Positions 6,376 through 15,547 of a DNA stretch of 40,530 bases are shown here, piece by piece (the first letter of the stretch is position 1; the number at the start of each line of letters is the position of its first letter). Below the pieces are notes generated by a model. It searched no databases. It worked only from the letters and a program-made list of their open reading frames with translations, and was not told where the DNA came from. This stretch comes from a virus, in the IMG/VR virus record IMGVR_UViG_3300044959_000025, positions 1-40,530 of that record; one strand, given 5' to 3'. Made by a program: the position numbers and the translations under genes.

Positions 6376-6589
6376 ACTCGGCAAGGTGCTCATTGCCATC
6401 AACGAACGGTTGGCTGCCCAACACCAACAGATTATGGAGTTGGCACGCATGCTCGACACGTTGGCCACTGCACTGCAAGTGCAGGCACAGACTGTGCACA
6501 AGATGCAGAGCATGATGCCTACTGCGCAGGCAGCCAAGAACTTGGCCGTCAAAGTGGGCAGCGAGGAACACGAAGATGTCCCGCGTTGA
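6326..6589 (+). CDS. Hypothetical protein (87 aa)
   Basis: gagga lies 5 nt upstream. It overlaps the previous gene by 50 nt and the next by 14 nt. Confidence 0.55.
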   Translation: MKNSEIRELLRGKIIPELGKVLIAINERLAAQHQQIMELARMLDTLATALQVQAQTVHKMQSMMPTAQAAKNLAVKVGSEEHEDVPR

Positions 6590-7694
6590 GGTGCGGTTGG
6601 CAACGGCTGAAGAGTATGAGCAGGGCAAGCGTGGTGAACTGCGCACGTTTGACTATACCAAGTTGAACGCGCTCACGACTTGTCCAGTGTGGGGGTTGAC
6701 ACGCTACACACACCACAAGACAACCAGCATTGCTTCTGACGATGCACCTGCACCGCTGCGGGCAGGCAAGGTGCTACATGAGTGTTTTGCTGCCATCCGT
6801 CTATGGACGCTTGGCTATGCACAACACGAGTGGGAACTGTATGAGACAGAAGGTGTCAGGCTGTTCGGTGCTGACCGCTTCCAGGCACTCAAGGACGTGG
6901 CACAACAAGGCTTCAAACAGAGTGACCTCAACACTTCACTGCGCAACATCGCAATGGAGTGCCTAGCAACTGCTGACTATGTGGAGGACCCAGATGACAA
7001 ACGACGCACCTATTCTAATCTCGAAGGCAGCCTGCTCTATTACGTTCAACGATGGGACCACACTCGATATCCCGTCTGGGTCCCGAGTGCAGATAGTGCC
7101 AGTGGAACATTGGTGCATGGGCTGCAACGAGGAGGGCGTGTCTCCGGCATTGAGCGCCCATTTGCTCTACACATTAGTTGTGCCGATGGGGGCTTTGCGC
7201 CCTTCCTCTACGTCGGACGCATCGACGGCATCCACTATGACCCACGAACACAACAAGCAATCGTAATGGAGAACAAGTCAGCCACGCGGCTCAACGATGC
7301 ATGGCGCTTGTCATTCCACACGTCACCACAGGTCACTGGTTACACAGTGGCAGGCTCACTGCTGATTGAGCAGCCAGTGCAACGTGCATGCGTTATTGGC
7401 CTTGCACTACCACTGCCACGTGTGTTGTCGGATGGCCTTGCCATTGAGATGGTGGAGCGTCACACTGAGCAGGTGAACTTGTGGATGGATTGGGTGTTGC
7501 ACACAGTCGAATTACACGACAAGTGGCAAGACCAGCCTATGCAGGCACCTAGGCACTACCAGTCGTGCAACCGCTACTTCCGTCCATGTCCACTCGTGTT
7601 CTTGTGTGCATCGCCTGCCGATGAGCGTGAGGCTATGTGGGCCGACATGCGCACTGACGTGTGGAATCCTCTACACGGAGACGATGACGAATGA
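6576..7694 (+). CDS. PD-(D/E)XK exonuclease, Cas4/RecB-like, with Fe-S-type cysteines (372 aa)
   Basis: GRIDGIHYD ... IVMENKS (D...ExK). An N-terminal Cys (TTCPVWG) plus a C-terminal CNRYFRPCPLVFLC cluster typical of Cas4-family nucleases. Confidence 0.75.
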   Translation: MSRVEVRLATAEEYEQGKRGELRTFDYTKLNALTTCPVWGLTRYTHHKTTSIASDDAPAPLRAGKVLHECFAAIRLWTLGYAQHEWELYETEGVRLFGADRFQALKDVAQQGFKQSDLNTSLRNIAMECLATADYVEDPDDKRRTYSNLEGSLLYYVQRWDHTRYPVWVPSADSASGTLVHGLQRGGRVSGIERPFALHISCADGGFAPFLYVGRIDGIHYDPRTQQAIVMENKSATRLNDAWRLSFHTSPQVTGYTVAGSLLIEQPVQRACVIGLALPLPRVLSDGLAIEMVERHTEQVNLWMDWVLHTVELHDKWQDQPMQAPRHYQSCNRYFRPCPLVFLCASPADEREAMWADMRTDVWNPLHGDDDE

Positions 7695-8566
7695 CTATCA
7701 CCATAGGCTCATTCGACGTGCAGCCAGGCACAGTCAAACAACAATTGTTGACAATGTTGTTGTGGGGCAAGCCCGGTTGTGGCAAGACCGTGCTGGCAGG
7801 CACTGCACCAGCAAAGCGGTTGTGGTTGCAGTTTGACCCTGCAGGCACGGCGTCGCTCACTCCTAGTGACGACAACCTGATTGTGGACCTGTCAGGCATT
7901 GACCCTAAGCGGCTTGACACAATCAAGCAGGGCTCAACGTTTGAGGCTGACTTGGTGAAGTTGCTACGCACACGCGATGACATTCAAACTGTCATCGTTG
8001 ACAGCCTTACGTCACTAGGACAGACTGCCTTGACATATGCAATCCTTAGCGGTAAGGCTAACAAGGGTTCATTCAAGGCAACACTTGAGGACCCAGGGCA
8101 GACAGGGTTTGGTGTGCGTCTTGCAATCGTGCAGGACTTCGTGAAGTTGGTGCTGCGTGCATGTGCCGACTACAAGAAGCACTGCATCTTCATCTGCCAT
8201 GAGAAGGATGCACGTGCGGAGACTGTGAACGGTAAGAGCATGGTTGTGGAAATCACCATGAACCTTGGTGGTCAACTCAACAACAACGTTGGGTTGAGCA
8301 TCAGCGAACTGTGGTATGTAGAGGACACAGGCAAGCAGCGCCTGATCTATCTACGCAACCACGGTGTGAAGCGGCCCATGCGCACACGCATGTTCTTGGT
8401 CCCGCCTGACAAGCAGACACTTGTGTGGGAGTATGACCAGACAACCAACACTGGCGACACCATCGCAAAGTGGTATGCTGCATGGCAGGCCAACGGATTC
8501 AACAAGTTGCCGCTCGGCGCGAAGGTCATAGACCGACCCGTCGAGCCTATAGTCACCGAGGGCTAA
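7691..8566 (+). CDS. Sak4-like / AAA_24 RecA-fold ATPase (291 aa)
   Basis: Walker A GKPGCGKT, Walker B VIVDSLT. ATGA coupling to the exonuclease. Typical phage recombination-module position. Confidence 0.7.
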   Translation: MTITIGSFDVQPGTVKQQLLTMLLWGKPGCGKTVLAGTAPAKRLWLQFDPAGTASLTPSDDNLIVDLSGIDPKRLDTIKQGSTFEADLVKLLRTRDDIQTVIVDSLTSLGQTALTYAILSGKANKGSFKATLEDPGQTGFGVRLAIVQDFVKLVLRACADYKKHCIFICHEKDARAETVNGKSMVVEITMNLGGQLNNNVGLSISELWYVEDTGKQRLIYLRNHGVKRPMRTRMFLVPPDKQTLVWEYDQTTNTGDTIAKWYAAWQANGFNKLPLGAKVIDRPVEPIVTEG

Positions 8567-8580
8567 CACTCTCGGCGAAC

Positions 8581-8621
8581 AGTCCACACAACGAGTGACG
8601 GGTTGACGCTATGTGTGGACT
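8581..8621 (+). other. Intergenic hairpin (10-bp stem agtccacaca/tgtgtggact, 21-nt loop)
   Basis: Read directly. The loop contains ttgacgctatgtgtg, which resembles the loop of the 9098-9126 hairpin. Confidence 0.5.
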
Positions 8622-8659
8622 AACACCCGCTCAACCCAACCATAGTGAGGAGTGCAACT

Positions 8660-9079
8660 GTGAGCGAACTTCCTAGCGTGATGGAACTCGATTTTGACCT
8701 CAACGATGCGAAGCCGCCGGTGCCGCTGCCGGAGGGTGAGTATCGTGCAACGGTGCGCGCGATTGAGCGTGCCATCTCCAAGAACAGCGGCAAGGACATG
8801 GCCGTTATTGACTACTTCGTGTCGCCCGACCAGTTTCCGCCGGACTACACGGACGGCAACCCGGATGGTGAGGTGCTGCGCACCTACATCAGCCTGGACA
8901 TGTCGGTGCCGCGCAACCGTTACCGGTGGAAGCAACTGCACCAGATGCATGGGGTGCGTATCATTCCTGGTCGCCTCGACCTGACCGCCTTCATCGGTCG
9001 GGACGTGATCGTGCAGGTCACGCATGAGGACTACCAGGGCGAGATGCGCCCCCGTGTCAACCCGATCCGCGAGGCGTAA
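8660..9079 (+). CDS. DUF669-like protein (SSB-like partner found in Sak4 modules), 139 aa
   Basis: The GTG at 8660 lies 7 nt after GAGGAG (an ATG alternative is at 8681). The LDFDLNDAKPPVPLPEGEY...SKNSGKDM pattern is typical of DUF669. GC-rich codons. Confidence 0.55.
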   Translation: MSELPSVMELDFDLNDAKPPVPLPEGEYRATVRAIERAISKNSGKDMAVIDYFVSPDQFPPDYTDGNPDGEVLRTYISLDMSVPRNRYRWKQLHQMHGVRIIPGRLDLTAFIGRDVIVQVTHEDYQGEMRPRVNPIREA

Positions 9080-9097
9080 AAACCTCTTGCGGAGACT

Positions 9098-9126
9098 GCC
9101 ACGGCACGCTATATGTGTGCCGTGGT
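9098..9126 (+). other. Hairpin (9-10-bp stem ccacggcac/gtgccgtgg), weak terminator or regulatory site
   Basis: 19 nt after the stop at 9079. Only a short T stretch follows. It could overlap a weak promoter (TTGCGG-N17-TATATG, 9088-9116). Confidence 0.45.
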
Positions 9127-9158
9127 TCCTACCACAACAACCCTAGGAGACTGAAAGT

Positions 9159-9419
9159 ATGGCCAAGAACCCTACTGAGAAGCGTTCCGCTACCAAGCGC
9201 ACCACTCCGCCTGAGCGGACGCTCTACATTGTGTTTCAACCGGGGACCAGCCCGGACTTCATCAAGCAGGTGAAGGAGAGCATCCGGACTCTGACTGGCA
9301 ACGGGCGGGTTGTTATCGACGCATTCCGTCAAGGGGACCAGATGCCGGTCCTCCCGCTCACGGTGGACGTGGAGCGTCGCCCGCGCGTTGCTGGCGCGCC
9401 GGAACTCCCGGCTGCTTGA
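9159..9419 (+). CDS. Hypothetical small protein (86 aa), bracketed by hairpins
   Basis: aggaga lies 8 nt upstream. GC-rich. No motif recognised. Confidence 0.7.
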   Translation: MAKNPTEKRSATKRTTPPERTLYIVFQPGTSPDFIKQVKESIRTLTGNGRVVIDAFRQGDQMPVLPLTVDVERRPRVAGAPELPAA

Positions 9420-9483
9420 TGCAGGGTTGTGCTAGTGCCCGTAGGGTGCTCGCAGCGGCCTGAGTAGCGAAGGCAGCACAACA

Positions 9484-9510
9484 GGGCGGCAGGCTGATCA
9501 CCTGCCGCCC
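9484..9510. promoter_or_regulatory. Perfect 10-bp inverted repeat GGGCGGCAGG-N7-CCTGCCGCCC (hairpin or operator)
   Basis: 28 nt upstream of the RHH gene start. No T-run follows, so it is not a classical intrinsic terminator. Confidence 0.55.
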
Positions 9511-9537
9511 AACCTGCTACCACAAGGAGCACACACA

Positions 9538-9774
9538 ATGAGTAACAAACCAACCCGTGTTGAAGTGCGTGTGCCTACTACACCATCACTACGGGGCGTG
9601 GGCATTGAAGCGAAGCGGTATAAGTCCACCATCCGCCTGACGGAGGATGACTACAAGACACTGCTGGCTGCTGCTGAGAAGGCAGGCGTGCCGTTGGCCA
9701 CGTTCATGCGCACAGTGATTACTGATGCTGCTGCACAGTATGTGTCGGAGGATGCGAGCAATGGAGTTGAATGA
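9538..9774 (+). CDS. Ribbon-helix-helix (MobC/CopG-like) DNA-binding protein (78 aa)
   Basis: IRLTEDDYKTLLAAAEKAGVPLATFMRTVI matches the RHH beta-strand/helix/helix pattern. AAGGAG RBS. Confidence 0.7.
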   Translation: MSNKPTRVEVRVPTTPSLRGVGIEAKRYKSTIRLTEDDYKTLLAAAEKAGVPLATFMRTVITDAAAQYVSEDASNGVE

Positions 9775-11083
9775 GCAGCAGCAGCGTGCAGTCAGGCGTT
9801 GCCTTGGGCTGGACCCAAGTCACAAGTGGCGAGTTGTTGCCGTCACTGGTCCAGCAGGCACGGGCAAGACCACCATCATCCGCACAGTGTATGAGCAGTT
9901 GGTGGATGCAGGCTACTCGCCTGTCATCGCAGCACCAACTGGCAAGGCAGCACGTCGTGTGACTGAGGCAACAGGCTGCCCTGCCAAGACTATTCACAAG
10001 TTGTTGGAGTTCCCTCGTCCAAACGAAGTTGACCCCAAGACTGGCAAGTATCTTGACATCACACTACCCAAGCGCAACAAGAACAACCCACTGCAGCACG
10101 ACACGGTTATCGTTGACGAGTATGCAATGGTGAACCGTGAGTTGCATCGTCAGTTGGTAGATGCCATGCCTGCAGGCAGCCGACTGTTGGTGTTTGGTGA
10201 CAACCAGCAACTACCACCAATCGAGCCTAAGCAGACAGGCAAGCCCTCCATCTTCAAGGAGTTGTTGGACAAGTGTGACGGCATTGTGCTCGACACAGTG
10301 ATGCGACAGGACGCTGACAGTGGTGTGCTAGCCAATGCTAGGCGCATCCTGCAGGGTGTTGCACCTGTTGACAACGCTGACTTCAAGCGCATCATCACGG
10401 ACAGGCCCATTGATGCACTGGTAGCAGAAACGCAGCGTCATGACTTCCGCAAACTGCACAACCAAGTCATCGTGCCGGGTAACAATGGGTGGACTGGCAC
10501 AGCCAAGTTGAACATCCTGTTGCAGATGTTGTTGTGGCCAGAACAACGCCCAATGCTGTCGCTGCCTCGCCACCCATGGAGCAGGTATAAGGACTTCGTT
10601 GCAACCATTGGTGATGTGCGCATCCCATTCAAGGCAGGACTGTCCGTTGGCGTTGGTGACAAGGTGATGATGACCAACAACTGGTATGAGTTGGAGTGTG
10701 CTGACGGCTCGTATGGTGTGATGAATGGCGAGGTGGGCATCGTCATTGACATTGACGAAGAACTTGGCGAGGTGGTTGTTGACTTCGACAACCGCGTATG
10801 CCGCATCCCACCGATCGTGCAGACAGTGCATGAAGGTCGCGTGCGGACAGGCTATCCACAGAAGGACTTGGACCTTGCATATGCAGTGACAACGCACAAG
10901 ATGCAAGGCAGTGAATGTGAGCACGTGTGCTATGTGCTCAACAAGTCAGCCATCAGCCTGTGCAATAGGCGTAACTTCTACACTGCCATCACACGGGCAC
11001 GCAAGTCCGTAACACTCATCACTGACACCAAGGCATTGTCTGTGTCTGTGACCCGCAAGGAACCGATGGAGTTTTCACGATGA
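9761..11083 (+). CDS. RecD/Dda-like SF1 DNA helicase (440 aa)
   Basis: Walker A GPAGTGKTT, Walker B VIVDEYAMV, C-terminal TTHKMQGSECEHV motif. GGAGGA lies 8 nt upstream of the ATG at 9761. Confidence 0.85.
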   Translation: MELNEQQQRAVRRCLGLDPSHKWRVVAVTGPAGTGKTTIIRTVYEQLVDAGYSPVIAAPTGKAARRVTEATGCPAKTIHKLLEFPRPNEVDPKTGKYLDITLPKRNKNNPLQHDTVIVDEYAMVNRELHRQLVDAMPAGSRLLVFGDNQQLPPIEPKQTGKPSIFKELLDKCDGIVLDTVMRQDADSGVLANARRILQGVAPVDNADFKRIITDRPIDALVAETQRHDFRKLHNQVIVPGNNGWTGTAKLNILLQMLLWPEQRPMLSLPRHPWSRYKDFVATIGDVRIPFKAGLSVGVGDKVMMTNNWYELECADGSYGVMNGEVGIVIDIDEELGEVVVDFDNRVCRIPPIVQTVHEGRVRTGYPQKDLDLAYAVTTHKMQGSECEHVCYVLNKSAISLCNRRNFYTAITRARKSVTLITDTKALSVSVTRKEPMEFSR

Positions 11084-11652
11084 AGTTCATCTTCCTTAAT
11101 GGTCCACCCCGCAGTGGCAAGGACACTGCTTGCAATGCTATTCTATCCATGCGGCATCCATCAATACGGGTGATGCGACGCATGTCTGAGCCACTCAAGG
11201 CTGGTGTTGCAGGCATCTTCGGCTGGACTGCTGAGCAGCAGCGCCAATTTGAGGAACGCAAGGACTCACTTGAGGTTGCTGACACCAACAAGACGTATCG
11301 TGAGTGGCAGATTGCCCTGTCTGAGGACTTCCTCAAGCCCAAGGCAGGACAAGACATCTTTGGTCGTCTATTCTTGCAATACTGCTTGCAGCATGGCTCA
11401 CCGCATCACGTGTGGGTGTGCCCAGATGCAGGCTTCAAGGCAGAGATCATGCCCATACTGCGTGTGTTCAAGCCACACAACTTGTTCCTCATACACATTG
11501 TGCGCCCAGGCACTGACTTCAGCAATGACAGCCGCAGTTACTTTGAGTTGGAAAACGTAGCCACCATGCAACTGCACAACTTTGGTGAACGCCACGAGTT
11601 GGAAGCAAACGCTGCACGGTTTGCACGTCTTTGGTTGGACTCGTTCGCATGA
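11080..11652 (+). CDS. Deoxynucleoside monophosphate kinase, T4 gp1-like (190 aa)
   Basis: MKFIFLNGPPRSGKDT resembles T4 gp1 MKLIFLSGVKRSGKDT. VCPDAG...IHIVRPG..SNDS resembles IVPDTR...IHVVRPG..SNDT. ATGA-coupled on both sides. Confidence 0.75.
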   Translation: MKFIFLNGPPRSGKDTACNAILSMRHPSIRVMRRMSEPLKAGVAGIFGWTAEQQRQFEERKDSLEVADTNKTYREWQIALSEDFLKPKAGQDIFGRLFLQYCLQHGSPHHVWVCPDAGFKAEIMPILRVFKPHNLFLIHIVRPGTDFSNDSRSYFELENVATMQLHNFGERHELEANAARFARLWLDSFA

Positions 11653-14072
11653 CAGTAGGACACATCAACCGTCAACTAGTTGAGAAGTGCCAGCAACTAG
11701 GGCTAGAGTATGACTGTCTAGCAGATGGCACTAGCGAGGCGGAACTCGCTATCGTAGCCGAGGCACCCGGTGAACGTGAAAGTGAGATGAAGTTGCCGCT
11801 TGTCGGCAAGTCAGGACAGATTGTGTGGCGCACGCTGGACAAAATCGGCATCCGGCGGCATCAGTGCTACATAACTAATGTCGTCAAGCGGCAACTTGTC
11901 TCGCTATCCGGCCCTAAGTCAGGCATCAGCAAGAACGAAGAGCAGCACTGGCATGGCCTTGTGCGTTGGGAGTTGAAGCAACTGCCCAACCTCAAGTATG
12001 TACTGGTGATGGGCAACAAGGCGTTGGAGGCGCTGATTGGTGTCACTGGCATTGATGCTTGGCGAGGTACAGTCAAGTTGGTAGATGGCATCTACTACTG
12101 CATGACCTACAATGCAGCACACGTCATCCACAAGCCGTCACTGGAACGTGTGCTTGCACTCGACGTGGCCAAGTTGGACCTTGTGCGGCAAGGGAAGTGG
12201 CGTGACCATGAGATCACCCCACTCATCAACCCATCACCAAGTGAGGCCATTGCATGGTGTGAGAAGATGATACAGGAAGGCAAGCCTGTTGCCTTCGACA
12301 TTGAGACCATGAGTGGAGAGACTGCATGTGTAGGGTTCGCCAATGATCCACACATAGGCATGTGCATCAACTTCCGCACACGAGACACGCACACATATAG
12401 TGACCGTGATGAGTTGCGTGTGCGTGTGGCTATACAGCGTGTGCTCCGTCACCCTCGTGTGCGCCTCATTGCGCAGAATGGGGCATTCGACTGTGCATGG
12501 TTGTGGTATAAGGACCGCATCAAGGTTGATCCACTATACATGGACACCATGCTGGCACACCACACACTCTATCCTATCTGGCCACACAGTCTAGCGTTCT
12601 TGACTGCACAATACACCACGCACCCTTACTACAAGGACGACAAAGACACATGGCGGGAAGGAGGTGACATCAACCAGTTCTGGGAATACAATGTGCGTGA
12701 CTGCTGCATCACGTTGGCTGCTGCTGAGGCTATGGAGCAGGAGTTGAAGCAGCAGAACCTGTGGGACTTCTTCACTGGTCATGTCATGCGGCTACAGCCA
12801 GTGCTGATCAGCATGACAGTGCTTGGCAATCGCATTGACTTGCAGATGAAGGCTGAACTTGCTGCCAAGTTCGAGGCTGAGGTGGAGCAGTTGCGTTTGC
12901 AGTTTGAGAAGGAAGCAGCCGAGGCAGTAGGGGACCCTGACTACAAGGTCAATCCGTTGTCGTGGCAGCAACTGGGTGACTGGATGTTCCGCAAGTTGCG
13001 GTTGGTAGGACGTTCCACGTCCACTGACGATAGCAACAGGCAATACATCATCAACTCACCACGCACACCAGAGAAGGCTCGTCAGGCACTCATCACACTC
13101 AACCGCTTCAAGGAACAACACAAACTGCTTAGCACATATATCAATGCCAAGGTGGACGAGGACGGCCGGATGCGCAGTGACTACAAGCAGTTTGGTGTAG
13201 TCACCGCACCTGGCAGGCTGTCTAGCAGCAAGACACTGTGGGACAGTGGGATGAACTTGCAGAACCAACCAGAGAGCCTGCGTGGTCAGTTCATCGCAGA
13301 TGAAGGGTGTTGCTTTGTTTACTACGATGGTGCACAAGCAGAAGCACGCATCGTGGCATGGGAAGCACCTATCCCCAAGTGGCAACACCAGTTCGAGATG
13401 GCACGGCTGCATCCAGGCACGTATGATGCACACCGAGCACTTGCAGCAGACATGTGGAACATACCATATGAGCAAGTGCCATCAAAGGACTGGGACCCAG
13501 AGACAGGCAAACACACGCTGCGATACATCGCTAAGCGTTGCCGTCATGGTCTCAACTACCGTATGCAGGCTGCACGACTGGCAGAGGTGACTGGCCTGAC
13601 GTTGGCTGAGGCAACAGAGGCCTACAACGCATATCACGCAGCAACACCAGAGTTGCGTAAGTGGTGGCAGGACGTGATTGACGAAGCACGTAAGAACCGC
13701 ATGGTGTTCAACTGCTATGGTCGTAGGCTTGTGTTCTTGGGCAGCACACTTGACGAGGAGTTGCTCGACGCCCTGATTGCGTTCAAGCCGCAGTCAGGAC
13801 TTGGCGACCACGTGACGCGCACTATGTATCTATGTCATGATGACCCTAAGTGGCCAGCCTATGCAAGGATAGTGTTCAACAACCACGACAGTATCACGGC
13901 CATGTGCCGCATTCAGGACAAGGAGCGTGTTGCGGCTATCATGAAGAAGTATGCTGAAATGCCGCTACTCATCAAGGGACAACAACTCATCATCCCTGCT
14001 GAGGTCAAGGCCAGTGTGCCTGATGAGAAAGGTGTGCATCGTTGGAGCAACCTGAAACCATTGGAGGTGTGA
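11649..14072 (+). CDS. Family A DNA polymerase with 3'-5' exonuclease and an N-terminal UDG-family-4-like domain (807 aa)
   Basis: UDG4-like AEAPGERESEMKLPLVGKSG..L. Exo motifs FDIET, NGAFDC, YNVRDC. Pol motifs YDGAQAEARI (A), RYIAKRCRHGLNY (B), NNHDS (C). Confidence 0.9.
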   Translation: MTVGHINRQLVEKCQQLGLEYDCLADGTSEAELAIVAEAPGERESEMKLPLVGKSGQIVWRTLDKIGIRRHQCYITNVVKRQLVSLSGPKSGISKNEEQHWHGLVRWELKQLPNLKYVLVMGNKALEALIGVTGIDAWRGTVKLVDGIYYCMTYNAAHVIHKPSLERVLALDVAKLDLVRQGKWRDHEITPLINPSPSEAIAWCEKMIQEGKPVAFDIETMSGETACVGFANDPHIGMCINFRTRDTHTYSDRDELRVRVAIQRVLRHPRVRLIAQNGAFDCAWLWYKDRIKVDPLYMDTMLAHHTLYPIWPHSLAFLTAQYTTHPYYKDDKDTWREGGDINQFWEYNVRDCCITLAAAEAMEQELKQQNLWDFFTGHVMRLQPVLISMTVLGNRIDLQMKAELAAKFEAEVEQLRLQFEKEAAEAVGDPDYKVNPLSWQQLGDWMFRKLRLVGRSTSTDDSNRQYIINSPRTPEKARQALITLNRFKEQHKLLSTYINAKVDEDGRMRSDYKQFGVVTAPGRLSSSKTLWDSGMNLQNQPESLRGQFIADEGCCFVYYDGAQAEARIVAWEAPIPKWQHQFEMARLHPGTYDAHRALAADMWNIPYEQVPSKDWDPETGKHTLRYIAKRCRHGLNYRMQAARLAEVTGLTLAEATEAYNAYHAATPELRKWWQDVIDEARKNRMVFNCYGRRLVFLGSTLDEELLDALIAFKPQSGLGDHVTRTMYLCHDDPKWPAYARIVFNNHDSITAMCRIQDKERVAAIMKKYAEMPLLIKGQQLIIPAEVKASVPDEKGVHRWSNLKPLEV

Positions 14073-14074
14073 CT

Positions 14075-14308
14075 ATGGCTGGCACCATCAAACCCCGAAC
14101 AGTGTGGGCTGCTATATATCCAGGACAACGTAGGATTGACCAAGGGCGTCTCTATGATCTCCATGCAGCAGCATGGAACGATTGTGTGAACACGTTTGTG
14201 TGGCGCACTTACCAAGAAACGGGCACCTGGCCACTTAGGACTCGTGCTGCTGCACGTAAGGCAGGATACCGCGTGGCCAGGGTGCGTATGGAGGTTGTGG
14301 AGGATTGA
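14075..14308 (+). CDS. Hypothetical protein (77 aa)
   Basis: GGAGGT lies 6 nt upstream of the ATG at 14075, which starts 3 nt after the polymerase stop. Confidence 0.65.
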   Translation: MAGTIKPRTVWAAIYPGQRRIDQGRLYDLHAAAWNDCVNTFVWRTYQETGTWPLRTRAAARKAGYRVARVRMEVVED

Positions 14309-15547
14309 ATGTTCCGTCCTAAGGAGTCCACCTTCTTGCACCACTACATGCAGTGGTGCAGTGGGCTAGAAACCAACCGCAACTACGACCTGTGGGGAGG
14401 ACTGTGGGTCCTCTCCAACGCAGTCAGCCGTGTAGTGGTGGTTGACCGCCCTAGCATTCCAGTGTTCCTCAACCAATACATCATCTTTGTTGCTGAGAGT
14501 GGCATCACACGCAAGTCAACTGCTGTCAGCAAGGCAGAACAGTTGTTGTCACAGTTCCAGGATCCCTACCGCATTGACATTGCGGGTAGGGTGACTGCTG
14601 CACAGTTGCAGAATGCACTCTCCAAACTGCCTGAGGATGTCCCACACAGTCACATTGCTATCACTGCTAGTGAATTGGTGACTGTGTTGGGCAGGGATGG
14701 CGGCACCTACGGCATACCAGGACTGCTGACTGACTTGTATGACTGTCCAAACCTCCGCACACGCATCATTGGCGATGTGCGACTAGTCATTGAACGTGTG
14801 TATCCTACACTGTTGGGTGCATCCACACCAACATGGCTAGCACAAGCAGTGAACCCTGCCGTCATTGAAGGAGGGTTCACTAGTCGTTGCCTGTTTGTGT
14901 ATGAAGAACGGCCTAAGAAGATGGTACCATGGCCTGATCCCATGCCCAAACTCGAGATGCTTATGCTTGAGCAGTTGTGGGATGCACGCAAGAAGGCAGA
15001 GAAGGTGCAACGCATTCAGTTGAACGAGAAGGCCAAGGCGTTCTTCACATTGTGGTATGTCAATCGGCCAACGCCACCTGCATCTGATGCGTTTGCAATG
15101 TCATTCTTTGCACGTGAGGACCATCACGTCCTACGTGTGGCAGGACTGTTGGCAATCAACGATGGCACGTTTGAGGTGCAAGTGTCACAGATGAAGTCTG
15201 CCGTCGCACTCATAGAGAGTGTGAAGCGTGGTGCGGGTGACTTGTTCTCTATCAGCCTGCATGAGCGTCGCCTGCTAGCCGGTGTGGACCGTCTAATAGC
15301 AGTGCTCATCAAAGCAGGCAGTCATGGGATGACCAAATCTGAACTCGTGTTCAAGTTGCGTGAATACATGAACGTCGCAGAGCGTGACATGCTGCTCGAC
15401 TTGATGCACGAGTTGGATATGGTGCAAAAGTTTGAGTTGCGTGGTGCCCCTGGCAGGCCAACTTACTTGTACCGAGGCACCACGCTACTACTCGACAATG
15501 AAGTGCGTCAGCAGTTCACTGAGAGGGTGAAGGCCTTGCTGGCGTAA
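14309..15547 (+). CDS. Replication-associated P-loop-like protein (412 aa; possibly DUF3987 or primase-helicase-related)
   Basis: Last gene of the replication block. It has a deviant Walker-A-like VAESGITRKST. The function is only guessed. Confidence 0.7.
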   Translation: MFRPKESTFLHHYMQWCSGLETNRNYDLWGGLWVLSNAVSRVVVVDRPSIPVFLNQYIIFVAESGITRKSTAVSKAEQLLSQFQDPYRIDIAGRVTAAQLQNALSKLPEDVPHSHIAITASELVTVLGRDGGTYGIPGLLTDLYDCPNLRTRIIGDVRLVIERVYPTLLGASTPTWLAQAVNPAVIEGGFTSRCLFVYEERPKKMVPWPDPMPKLEMLMLEQLWDARKKAEKVQRIQLNEKAKAFFTLWYVNRPTPPASDAFAMSFFAREDHHVLRVAGLLAINDGTFEVQVSQMKSAVALIESVKRGAGDLFSISLHERRLLAGVDRLIAVLIKAGSHGMTKSELVFKLREYMNVAERDMLLDLMHELDMVQKFELRGAPGRPTYLYRGTTLLLDNEVRQQFTERVKALLA

